From Haliotis rufescens (Eukaryota), in NCBI RefSeq assembly GCF_023055435.1, contig NW_025963791.1, positions 23,002,001-23,066,000 on the forward strand: 64,000 nucleotides of DNA. The letters are read 5' to 3'. How positions within the stretch are numbered: the stretch's first letter is position 1; each line of letters begins with the position of its first letter. Both the position numbers and the translations under genes were made by a program. This document shows positions 1 through 12,300 of this stretch, piece after piece. Below the pieces are notes generated by a model. It searched no databases. It saw only the letters and a program-made list of their open reading frames with translations, and had not been told where the DNA came from.

Positions 1-446
1 TCAAAATGTCAACCATTTGTGAGCACGTGCAAACTATTTCACGGCGGTCATATGCTGGTATACGTTTCAACAATTTTAGAAATGGGAATAAGCAAATGCA
101 CAATGCTTCTGGCGTCAAACCAATTTGATTTTGATTTTTTTTAATTGTGTAACTGACAAAAACTGTGAGCTATATTTGGCTAATATAAGTTGAAAGATTC
201 ACTAACCCGGTAACACTGTCACAAACAGCCACTTTAGAATGTGATCTATACTGCACACCTGTCACCGTGGTGAGAGACAGCTGATTGCGTTTCAATCGTT
301 TCACAAGCTGTTCAATATTTCTTCATGAAACATATGCACATGAACCATGCGCTGAACAGGTGCATCTTGCTATTTTTTTATTTTTTTTTATATTGTTGTT
401 GTCAAGGTAGCAAATTGGATTGGCTTCAAATGAAGGCGACTCAAAC

Positions 447-655
447 TGAAAAGGCGACTATGCTTGTCGTAAGAGGCGACTAACGGGATCGGGTGGTCAG
501 GCTCGCTGACTTGGTCGATTCATGTCATCGATCCCAATTGCGTGGCTCGATGCTCATGATATCAATCACTGGATTGTCTGGTCCAGACTCGATTATTTAC
601 AGACCGCCGACATATAGCTGGAATAATGCCGAGTAAAACAACAATAAAACCAAAT
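447..655 (+). mobile_element. SINE-like family B, 5'-truncated
   Basis: Matches family-B consensus. Confidence 0.82.
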
Positions 656-1869
656 TCAAATTCAATTTCCAGAGCTTAATAAGTCATAAACAGTTCAATA
701 TTTCTTTGTGAAACTTTGTATCCACACCAGGTGTGATGTACTGGTGCCTCAGCATGTTGTATGTTGTACTAGGCGACTAAATAGATCCGGTGTTCACTCT
801 AAGTAATTACTGAATTGTCTGGTCCAGGCTCGGATTATTTCGAGGCCGCCGTCGTTTTGTTTATGGACGACCGTTTGCAGGTTGATGTTAGTGAATATAT
901 TCCCTGGATGATCTGTTCTAATTAAGGTCAGTCCACGTGACAGTAAAATGAAAACCTTTTGAAAGATTGAGAGATGTACATGTCATTTTACGCCACAGTA
1001 TATGCGATTTTCCTACTGTGTATAAGCTCGACCTGAAATCAACAAGATTACCCACAATCGTCCCGTTCACACAACATTCGCCGGCTATTGCAAAGGGCAC
1101 ACACATCATGATGGGGCACTGCGGGTATATTCTGCCATTGGATCCCCTGGTGATATGGATGTACCAATAGTTGCGGACTTTAACATTTGGACATTGCGGA
1201 CTTGGCTTGTGTCATCTGCCCTCAGGATCAATGTAACCTCAAAGCAAATTAACAAATATAAGGTATGGAATATGTTTTTAATATTAAATGACTCATTTCA
1301 GACCACGAGAGGTATCTATAGAAAAAATACCGATATTTTCAAATATAACATATAAGCGAAAGGAAATAGGGATATAAATTTATTTCCTTGGCGGAAGTTG
1401 ACAAATGAAAGCAAAAGGACACGCCAGGGAAAGGGACGGATGTTGATGACTTTGGGTTCTTGTTCTTGCTAAGGCGGAGATAAAATAATAAGCTATGGAA
1501 GTTGAGTCTGAACGCGTTGGGTTGCCTGCTGTCAGTTCCTATCGCGAGGAATGCACTTCTCAGTAGACAACGGGTCTAAACTTATTGGGCTGTCCTTCCA
1601 CGCCGAGACACTGTTAAAACGCGTTCAATCCCAACTCACTCTTTCGTCTCAAGCCCAAGGTTCTCCTGTCTATTTTATTGTCAGATCCCCATTCAATATT
1701 TAGGCGGTGATAACGTACAGTAGTCTCACTTAATTCGCAAGCACATCGAGACATTTTCATTTTATTCCTACGTTAAATGGTCGATGTTTACTGGCCCATG
1801 TAAGCTCCTCACAGCGATAGCCCTTGTTTCGCGGAGCTCTCAATACCATCGCGATGTTATCTACGGAGG

Positions 1870-2230
1870 TGTCACGCGCTGGAAAGGAGCTTGCGGCCCA
1901 CGGTGTCCAGGCGAAATGAACGCATCGGCCACTTCCCCTGAAAAATTCGGGTTACGGAAAGGGACGAGGTTGGCCGATTGGCAGTAATGGGTGAAGCTCT
2001 TCCGTTGTCGCTTGAGGAAAAGGGGAGGAGTTTTTGTTCTGTATCCAAAACCGCTATGTACAGTAGTACTGATATGTGTCCGTCCATATTATTTTCCCAT
2101 CGACCCGGCTTGCGTTCATTGTGGATAAACGTAGTGCGGGGCGGTGAGAGAGGGAGCCTGACAACATTGTTTAGTGCAGCGTTGTCTTCATCGTACTCGT
2201 TTAACAAATAAAGATACGGTTTGGGATGAA
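1870..2230 (+). promoter_or_regulatory. Probable ATF7IP promoter / non-coding first exon region
   Basis: Locally GC/CpG-rich in an AT-rich background, ATTGG (CCAAT) near 1977, GGGGCGG GC box near 2138; the ATG exon at 3255 has a splice acceptor, so an upstream exon must exist. Confidence 0.45.
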
Positions 2231-3261
2231 AACGTCGATGAGGTTGAAACCTGACGCCGTTTAACATAAGACCATGAAGAAGCCGCACTGAGCATGATTA
2301 CCTCAACAGGGTCTTACCATGACGTCTTTGATCTCATTCTAAACACAGTTTCAATGACTAAAGCTGAACCTTAGAGCTACAGTACGATACAAGATAATAT
2401 GCATAGTTTTAGCTAGGAATTCCATGTGCATTACACCAATTCCATAACATGCTATATCAACAAGGAACAGAAACATTGCATCATATTTTTTTTATCACAT
2501 ATGCAGCTGTTTATCAAGGAAACTCCTCGAAATAAATTGGGGGTAAATTCAAACAAAAACAACTTACTTTCAAACTGACCCTGATTTGTGATGGTAAACT
2601 TGGTATTTGAAAATGATGTGAATTTGGCAAGGATGAAAGCCTAATAATTAATGTTTCATGGTCTAAATTTGTTTTTTGTTGTTTAACTTTGCAGCTATAT
2701 GGCGGCAGTCTGTAAATAATACACTCATTAATATGCAATCAATAGAAAATTATCAAATAACAAGAAAAAAACCAGGTAATATAAATGAACATGTAATATT
2801 GGGAAAATGCGCAAAATATTTCTAAGTGATTGTAAAGGATGATTGATTGTTAAAAAAACCCCAAAGATTGATGATGAAGTCGCAACTTATTTGCTCCACA
2901 AATATATCAAGCCCACTCCCAACAAGAATATGTTTTCCATGCATTTCAGTTAGGGGGCTGTTTGTAATTGATTTAATATATTTAACACCTATGATTTAAA
3001 AAGAAAGTTCAGCTTCAGCATGTAAAGTCAGTTGTTTAGATATATTTGTCTTTTGTTTACTCAATTAGTTAGCATTTGTTGAGAAGTTGTATGAACAGAG
3101 TAATACTTTTACCTAAGATTTCCACCTACAGGGGTATGCGGTATTGTTGTGATGTGCCGACAATGGCTAGACTAGCTGCAGATATGTTTGAGTAAGGTCA
3201 GTGTGATGAAAATGAAAGATCAAAGATTATTTAGTGTGTCTTTTTTTTTATCAGGTGTAGA

Positions 3262-3310
3262 ATGTCAACCAAAGAACCTCAATCACAAGTCTTCAAGCAC
3301 AGTGTGAAAG
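3262..3310 (+). CDS. ATF7IP: ATF7IP coding exon 1 ([16 protein letters not shown])
   Basis: poly-T/tcag acceptor at 3254, ATG 3262, AAG|GTATGT donor; phase 1 joins exon at 4341 in frame. Confidence 0.8.
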
Positions 3311-6300
3311 GTATGTACAGTTTAAGATGAATAAAACTTTGGTTTATTAGTCATATTGCCTCGCCAAGCGAGACAAGTTGATAGGTGCTATCTTGCTACT
3401 GTCAGATGATATCAAGCCCCTTCATTTGTCAAGTTAAAAATGGATGCACCGCATGATCGGTGGTGGGGTAGCCGAATTGTTAAAGCATCTGCTGGTCATG
3501 CTGAAGACACGGTTTCGATTCCCCACATGGGTACAATGTGTGAAGCCAATTTTTTGTGTCCCTCCACCATTATATTGTTTGAATATTGCTAAAAGCGGCG
3601 TAAAAACATACTCATTCTCTCACTCACAACATGATCAGTCACATGACATTACACATAGGATATCAACAAACACCAGCTGATACATCATCTAAGTTTTAAG
3701 GTGTTTTTATCACTTGATGAATATCTAATCTCATGTAGGTCTGTTTCTAAAAAAACTTCAGCTGCAAATGGCTAACACTTTGATGTCTTCAGTGGGCTTT
3801 GAAGCGTCTACCTTGATTGTCATTAAGCGTGTGGTTACACATTGTATAGGGCCTCGAAAAGAGGTGAGGCTTGAAAACGTGACATAGGGATATACACACA
3901 GAACTTTGATGTGCTTCAATAAATGAGGTTAGACGTGTTTACATTAAATTGTGTTTTATTAAACATATCTAGCCTTTTAGTTAGACTTACTCTGACCTGT
4001 TTCACCAGGGGTAATAGTACAACCTATTGACTCGACCAAGTACCCTGATGCTGCTCATAATATCAACCACTGGTTTGTTGACCAAGGCTCTTTTGTTTCC
4101 AGGCCGTTATATGATTTGGCTGGAATACTGCTGACAGCGACCTTAACAACATTCACTCATTCACAAAACTGGGATGTAAATTGTAATCATGATTCTTTTA
4201 ATCACTCAAGCATAACTGGGTTCAGAACCCATTAGTCAGAATATAATTCATGGGCCAACATCAAAATTGTCCTCAAAATACCCTTTCTCTACATGTTTGA
4301 TTTGGAAGTGAGATGATTTTTTTATATTAACTAATTGCAGGTGATTCCATAAAGATAACCACTGCCAGAAAATCCACTGCTAAATTGGGACAAGGCTGGT
4401 CACTACCTAAGCTTGGCATAACCAAATCAGAAGGCGACAGTGGGATTGGTTCATCTGATTCTTCAGACTCAATGAGTGATGTGAAGGACAGTTTTCAGGA
4501 GGCAATAATGAACCTCAAGGCTTTGAACGGGGAAGGGGACAGTGCCAAGACTGAGTCTGCTTTGGAAAGTGATGCTGTTACAGAGAAGTCTGGGAACTGC
4601 AATGGCAAATCTATACTGAAAACAGTAGATATAGATGATCAAGCAAATGGTGATGCAATGACTGTAGCTTCTCCTGGAGTAGACTCTAAGCCAAGTGACA
4701 ATGGACATGAAACTCCAAGTATACAGTCAGCTAATGATAGTAAGGATGGCGAGGAACAAGAAGAATCCATGGAAGTAACGGATGAAGTAACAGATGAAGT
4801 AACTGAACAATGTGAAGAAGCTGCCGAAGTGCAGTCTGATGAACCTTCCAAAGTTCAGTCTGAAGAACCATTGGAAGCTCTGTGTGAGAAACCATTGGAA
4901 ATTCAGTCTGAAGAACCATTGGAAGCTCAGTCTGAAGAACAATCTGAGATTCAGTCTGAAGAACCATCAGAGATTCAGTCTGAAGAACCGTCAGAGGTTC
5001 ATTCAGAAGCTCCTTCCGAGATTCAATCTGAAGAACCTTCTGAAGTACAATCGGAAGAACCGTCAGAAGTTCAGTCTGAATTACAATCAGATGTTCAGTC
5101 TGAAATGCAGTCTGGTGCACCATCAGAGATACAATCAGAAGAAATTTCTCAAGATGCTGATAGGGAGATATCTGTAGAACCAGAAGTATCTACCTCTGAT
5201 AAAATTGAAATAATTGACAGTGACAATGAAGACACAAACGAAACTTCCAAAACACCAAATAGCTGTGATGATGATGAAGTGATGCTGCTGTCGGAAAGGG
5301 AGACTCTAACAGAAAAGGATGAGAAGTCTCAGGATTCTGAGCTTGGGGATCATCCTTTGACAATTGGTGATAAGGTCAGAAACTCAGTGAGAGATATTAT
5401 GTCCAAACTTAAACAGGGTAATGAATTGAATAAACTATTGGTGAAGCCCAAACACGAAGAGAGTATGGATGTTGAACTAACAACTGGTTCTTCAGAAAAG
5501 ACCTCTGAAAAGAGCAAGCTCCTGCCACCATCTCCCAGAAAGGGCAACTTGTTTGAGAATCTAACTGGGATAGGAGCTGGGAGTTCATCCAAGAAAACAG
5601 AGGGTAAGTAACTTATCATTATTGTTTGTTTGACTATGGCCCATTGATAACGGTTATTTATTCTGTTGGATGTCAGAAATATGATATGTAGCAGTTATCT
5701 CCACTAAAACCCTGAAAATGTAGGCTGGGCAGATGTTTTATCAATCATCTTACATATTATTCAGTCGCAGTTAGGGATGACTTTCAAGTCTGTTAAAAAC
5801 ATAATGATGATTCTTTTGCAATAGTTGTAGCAGTATTACAATTGTATTGCAAAGTTTCACCAGTATCTGTACTCAGTGTTTAAAATAGACAATGGCCCAT
5901 AAGGCTTATAGTTTTAAATTTCAGCAGGCCCTTACAGCCTGCAGTTATTTTAAGTTGTAAACATGGTAAATAAATCATAACACTGAGATTGCTTGGGGAA
6001 ACAGGGTCCAGTTTCAATGTACTCCGCTCGTTAACTCTTTCAACATGTTCAACACCGCAGGCCGGTATACCCACACTGTAGTTACAATACAGTTTCAAGA
6101 ACTGTTAATATATTCAAGAACCTAACTGTCATATCATTCATGTTTTAAATCAATCACTTTTCACAATGTTTGAAAATACGTATTTCCTTTCAATTTATCA
6201 TATTTTATCAATTGATTGTAAGTTATTAACTATTTCCTGCAATATTATTCGACAAAAAATCTGTTAAACATGTCAAAGAGCAATATAAGATTTTTCAAGT

Positions 6301-9300
6301 AAATCTGTAAACATGGTAATCAGTTAAATAAAGTAATAAAATTTACAAACAAATTTCAAAAAATATTGTCAAACATACATCTAAGTCAAATGACATCTCA
6401 GCATTTGTCAACTCGATTTTTAGGCTCGGACACAATGTTTAACGCCAAAACACATGCATGAGAAATCTTTGTCACAGGTCGTAACCTATTACGATATGTC
6501 CATGAAGTTCACGATTTTATCTTTAAAACGTTCAAAATAGCACAATGTAACTAAAAGTCTTTCGTCTAAATCTGAAATATATCATACACAAGGACGGTAT
6601 TCATTGCTGTAATTTGATTGGCTGCCTTAGGTCACATGCATGAATTTGACCATTTACGATCCTTATATTAGATTATGACAAATTGTCATTAGAAACCTGT
6701 TTCTATCCAATTATAACGCATGTTACAACTACAAAAATACTCCTTTCGCTTTGTTTGTGCTTAATCTGGACATTATAAATGTTTTAGATTAAAATTTTTC
6801 TATTAAAAACGGAAATTAATTAAGTTATAAATGCACTATTTAAATAATTGATAAACATAACTTTCATATTTATAATGAATAGGATTAAACCTTTGAACAT
6901 GTTGAAATCGATGCTCATGATGTCCATCACTGGATTGTGTGGTCCAGACTCGATTATTTGCAGACCATCTTCAAATAGCTGGAATATTGTCGAGCATGGG
7001 GGTTAAACAACAAACAAACAAACAAACCTGCAACATGCTATCACAATAAGCATCTTTGTCCTACTCATGCTCTCAACCACTGGTTTGTCTGGTCTAGATT
7101 TGATCATGTATTTATAGGCTGTAGTAACAACGCGAAAATAACACTTACTCATCATTACACTCGACATAGGGCAGATATTTTGGGCAATCTCGTTAAAATC
7201 AGAACTTAGTTCTCGCTACCGCTAAACAAAGATCTGAGGACATCCCATTACGGGTCACATCAGACCGACCTTGCGCGAACTTTGACTGACCAATGGAATG
7301 ACTGATCAGAAACCAACTTTCTCGTGCTTTACGGCACAAATTTCAAATTGGCGAATACGCTTCGAAACATATTTTGACAAATTCTCGATTACAAATTTGA
7401 AACCTGAACAAAAAAACCATTCTGGAATGACTAATCGATGGTCTAGAATGTAAGGATTCAGTCGTTAAACCCGTAACTATCGTTCGGAATACCCCATGTT
7501 AAAGTTTTCGAGATTGCATGATTAGAAATCACATTCCGACAGTCACTTTCATAATCTGGTAAGCGATGCACTGATTGGTTGTTCTGACGTGACCCCTAAT
7601 GGGATGTCTTCAGATCTTTGTTTAGCATTAGCGAGAACTAGGATCTGATTTTAATGAGACTGATATTTTGGGCCGAGTGTAAGACATGTCTTTGAATCTT
7701 GATGGTATGTCCCAGTTGAAATCGTCTTTTATTTTGAGCAGGTAAAAGTGCTAATGACAAACAAGATGGAAATAGCGTAGCAAAGAACTCATCTGAACAA
7801 TTAGGTCCACAAGAAAGTGATGTAGAATTAATTGATGATGACTTTGACAAGAAAGATGATGATATTATTCTATGTGATGATGAGGAACCAATGTTGAAAT
7901 CAAACTCAGGTAACTCAAATGTAACTCAGGGTACAGACGAAATTAAGAGTGAATCTGATTCTAAGGAAACAACCACAACAGAGACCAAGACTGAGTGTAG
8001 ATCTAGTGAAAATGATAAGCCTTCTGAACAAATGGTGAAGAAAGAAGTCAAATCAGAGAGGAAAGTGGAAAATGAAGATGAAATCAAACCGATGGAGATC
8101 GAAGAGGATAGCGAAGTCAAAGATGAGGTGAAAATGGTCAAACATGAAGATTCTGCTGAAGCCGCTCCTGCCTCTAGAACTGATCGTAAGAGATCTCAGG
8201 AAGATCAGTCCTCGGAGTCTGGGATTCCACCCAAGAGGTCAAGACTAGACATGGTTATTGGAAAGTTGGGATCACAAATTGGAATTTCTCCTGATACCAT
8301 CAAATCTGATACCTCGGATGAAGATTCCCACCCTGGGAGTGAGATGAGTGAGAAGTCGGAGGATGCCTTGTCTTCTGTGAGTGATGAGGATGATGACAAG
8401 ACATCTCAGTCAAGCACGAAGACCATTCGACTCTCAGGAAAGGTATGTTGCATAAACAAAGTTGAAGATATTGAAGATTTGCCTGAGTGTAAGGAATGCA
8501 TGTGCAGGTACTTACAGCTCACTTTGTTATGATACACCATTTATCAATTGTACCGCAAATACTCAAGACTAGAAAAGGCACCTGAGTATTTTGGGACGTT
8601 AATAGTTAAGTTGTTAACAAATAAAATGGGTTTGAGAATAGGGTTGTTTTAGACTAATTGTACTTTTCTTATGACATGTTTATTCAATGAAAAAAATTGT
8701 AAGATCTCAGGTAAAACATATAAATTTCATATGTTTGAGCGTGAATGTAATATTTTAGCGTTTTTTTCTTTATCTCCACCAGATGTCTGTCTGGTTCTTT
8801 TAACAGTTTCATTTAATTTTCAATATTACATTGATTTTATTCTGTCCTTCCACACACAGACCATATTAGACAGAGAATTTACATCAAAAGCCATTCAAAC
8901 CCTCCTAGCAACCACACTGTCCTTACCTTGATAAAGCAAAAAATATCACTGCATAAAACCTTTCACTTTCTGCGAACATGTGAACATGTATGACTTTTTT
9001 AATTTGTAACACTCAAAATAAGTCTTAACCCAGCTATTAATACAATATTTAGTGTTGAAATACTATATTTATCTGAAAAGATGAAATCAATATTTTCACA
9101 TAGTGAAATAAGACTTTATGCTTGAGCTCGAAAACACTACCTTGTTAGACTTAAATCTGTAAACAATCTGGCTTTTCTTGTGAAAAATAAACATGCATAT
9201 CTGCTCTTGTGAGCTGATAACGTTGACACTTTCACTCTTGGCTGTGCAAACATTCAGCTGAAGCAGGTCGCTCAATGAGATAAACATGTTGTTAGATGCA

Positions 9301-12300
9301 ACTCGCCGAAATGTATTCTCTTTCTATTGTATGACCTTGACCTTATCAGAAGTTGGAACTATGTACAGTGTTTATGTTATAGATGATGTCACCAACCAAA
9401 ATTTTTATTTTCCAGGAATTAGAAGCTCTTGTAAGAAGTAAAGTCTCTGCCTACCTCAAAGCTCATCGTGACAGCAAAATGGAGTCTCTCAAGTCCAAGA
9501 TAGTGGATCTGCAGATGGCCAATGAATCATGGAGAACTCAGGCCAAAGAACTGCAGAAGAAGGTCCTGGATCTCACTGTGTTACAGCAGAGGCTAGAGAA
9601 AAGAAAAGCTGCCACTGCTGCACTCAGGGTAAGCATGTTGGACTTACAATAAACTATGTTTATATCGAACATGCTTATAACATGTATAATGAACTGACGG
9701 ATATAACAAACTTATTTTTTTATCCTAGCCATTTGCTGTATATATGCCATATACAGTCAAGTCCCGTTAATCCGACATTGTTGGTTGCATAATATTATGT
9801 CGGATTAACATTTGTGATCTAAAATTTGACAACTATACAATAAATAAAACATGTTGTAATGAAAAAAAGGAAAAAGGAAATATTCATATTGTTGTGTTAC
9901 ATTGTTAGTGGAATATGTTTTCTAATCAATACATTACAGTCAGTTGGAAATAAGATTTTGGCCCACCTCTCAGCTATTTCTTTGTATATCATTGTGTAAT
10001 TTTCCATAGCGGTACACTGAGTATGACTTTTTATTATGAATTATTTATAATTTAATCTCTTATCATTATGTTGCAAGCATTTAGATAATCAGATGATGTA
10101 CAGAGCCTCATGACTTTAAACATATGTTCATATACTATTAGGCGCTAGAAGGGTAATGTGTAATAAGTTTCATTATAAGATAATATTTTTATCCTGATGC
10201 ATCAGTATTTTAAGAGTAATACTGATCAAGTATTGATACAGTATTACTGCTATTTTCACAAAGGGCAGTCGGGTAGCCTAGTGGCTAAAGCGTTTGCTCA
10301 TCACGCTGAAGACCCGGGTTCGATTCCTGACATGGGTACAATATGTGAAGCCTATTTCAGGTGTCCCCTGCCATGATATTGGTGGAATATTGCTAAAAGC
10401 GGTGTAAAACCATACTCACTCACTCACTATTTGCACATGTATCAATCAGGTTTGAACTTTGATGATATTGCCTTCAAACTGGATGCATGTCTAACAGTGT
10501 TGATTCATATGTGATACCTTAAATCTACTGATAGGAATATTAAGATATGAGATGGGAATTACTGATTAATACAACATTACTCAAGGAGGATAATTACATT
10601 AATCATGTTGCCCTATGTTGCTGCATTGTATACTTATGATTTCCTTTTCTTTCAGCAAATAACCACTCGCAGTGTGGCTGTGCAGGCAGATGACACCAAG
10701 GTAAGAGACAGATGGTTACTTGTCATGCTTATAAAGAATAATCAGTGAAAGCCAGCTGTCATCATTGAAAAACTTGCACTGTTTTTCTGGGTATAGGTGA
10801 TATATATTTGCTTAGAACATGGAATAGGTGAAACGTCTATGATGGATTTACCTGTGAGGATTTTATTTACTTTTAAATATATTTGTGATAAATGAAACCA
10901 TTATCCCTTGATTTGATTATGTGTAAATCGTTATTGTACATTTATTAAGTAATTGCTTAAAAACATAGACCTGAGCAATCCAGTTTTCAAGTTTAGGTCA
11001 TTTCGTTTTAACACTAATTTGAAAGGCCAGTCTTCTGTCATTTTCTGTCCAGTGGACAATGTTTATAGAAGCCCCCCATAATAGAGTAAAATTCTAGAAG
11101 AGTCAAAAAGGTTGTTTCACACAACTCAGTATCAGCTTTGAAGCGAACAGTCAAGTGAAAACACTTTAAGGGAAGGAAGTTAACATATTTGTGCTTATCT
11201 CACAGGAAAAGCAGGCTTCGCGGTCTGAGACTCAGGTATATTTTGAGTGTGGGTCTTGAACTGTAGGTTTTGTGTTAGATTTGCTGTTGAACTCATTCAC
11301 ATCCCGTCCCTGCCCTTCACCACTAAACACACCTCCTTGCATGATGCCTTGTTTTACTTGAATTTTCAAATACATTCTGACTTGTCAAGCAATGCCCGAT
11401 AGATGTTATGTCTGAATTGTATGTTGTCTTGAAAACAGTTGTCTGTTATTCAGATTTATATAGAACTAGCTTCTAGAATTGTTTGGACAGGTGTTTGTGA
11501 TTTAGAAGTTAAATGAAAACAAAACAAAACTAAATGAATGTAGTCAAGGGTTAGAGATTCCATGTACAGTAGATCTGTTCACAAGTATTGAAGAGTTAGC
11601 TCCCTTGGGTTGTCATCTCTGCATGGCTGAGATTTGGCTGTAGTGTATGAGGTTGATACAGGATTCATCTAAAGACAGTGATTCCTTCAGCCATTTTTTC
11701 ACTCTATTAAATGCCTTTAACATGTTTAACAATCCCCCCACTATTTTTCACAACTATTGTAAACTAACAATGTTTCCTTCTGGAATTTTGGGAATAAATC
11801 CGACTAAAATTAACACAAACATTTTGAAACAGATGTACTGATGAATAGTAAAGAAATTATAGGAGTAGGTTGAAATATTTTAATTAAATACATTCAACAA
11901 ATGCTTGTATGCTCTGGCCTAAGTAATAATAACATAATATTACTGACTGCATTTTTATTTCCCTACCACAACATGCACAAAGTGGGAGGAGATGTAGGAA
12001 CAGGTGCTCCCTGTCCGTCCTTCCATTCATCATCATTTTGTTTCAGAGCATAAGTCGAGACCATTCATCTTTTCTTGACTAAACTTTGCACAGATATTAG
12101 TCTAGCCATGAACTGGTTCCGTTTGCTATTAAGGAATTTTGGATTTGTTTTCATCAGTTTTCATGACAACAAATTCCAATCCATCATGAATCTTTTATAT
12201 TTCCTCACTAATCAATCAAGTGGTCAACTGCTTTTTATCTTCTATTTTTTTTTTCTTTCTAATTCCATCAAGAGGAAATAGAGAATCCCAGTGTATCTAA

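Noticed and set aside
1872-2288. 138-aa minus-strand ORF and overlapping plus ORFs
   Set aside because: No recognisable homology or splice structure; expected by chance in a GC-rich promoter region
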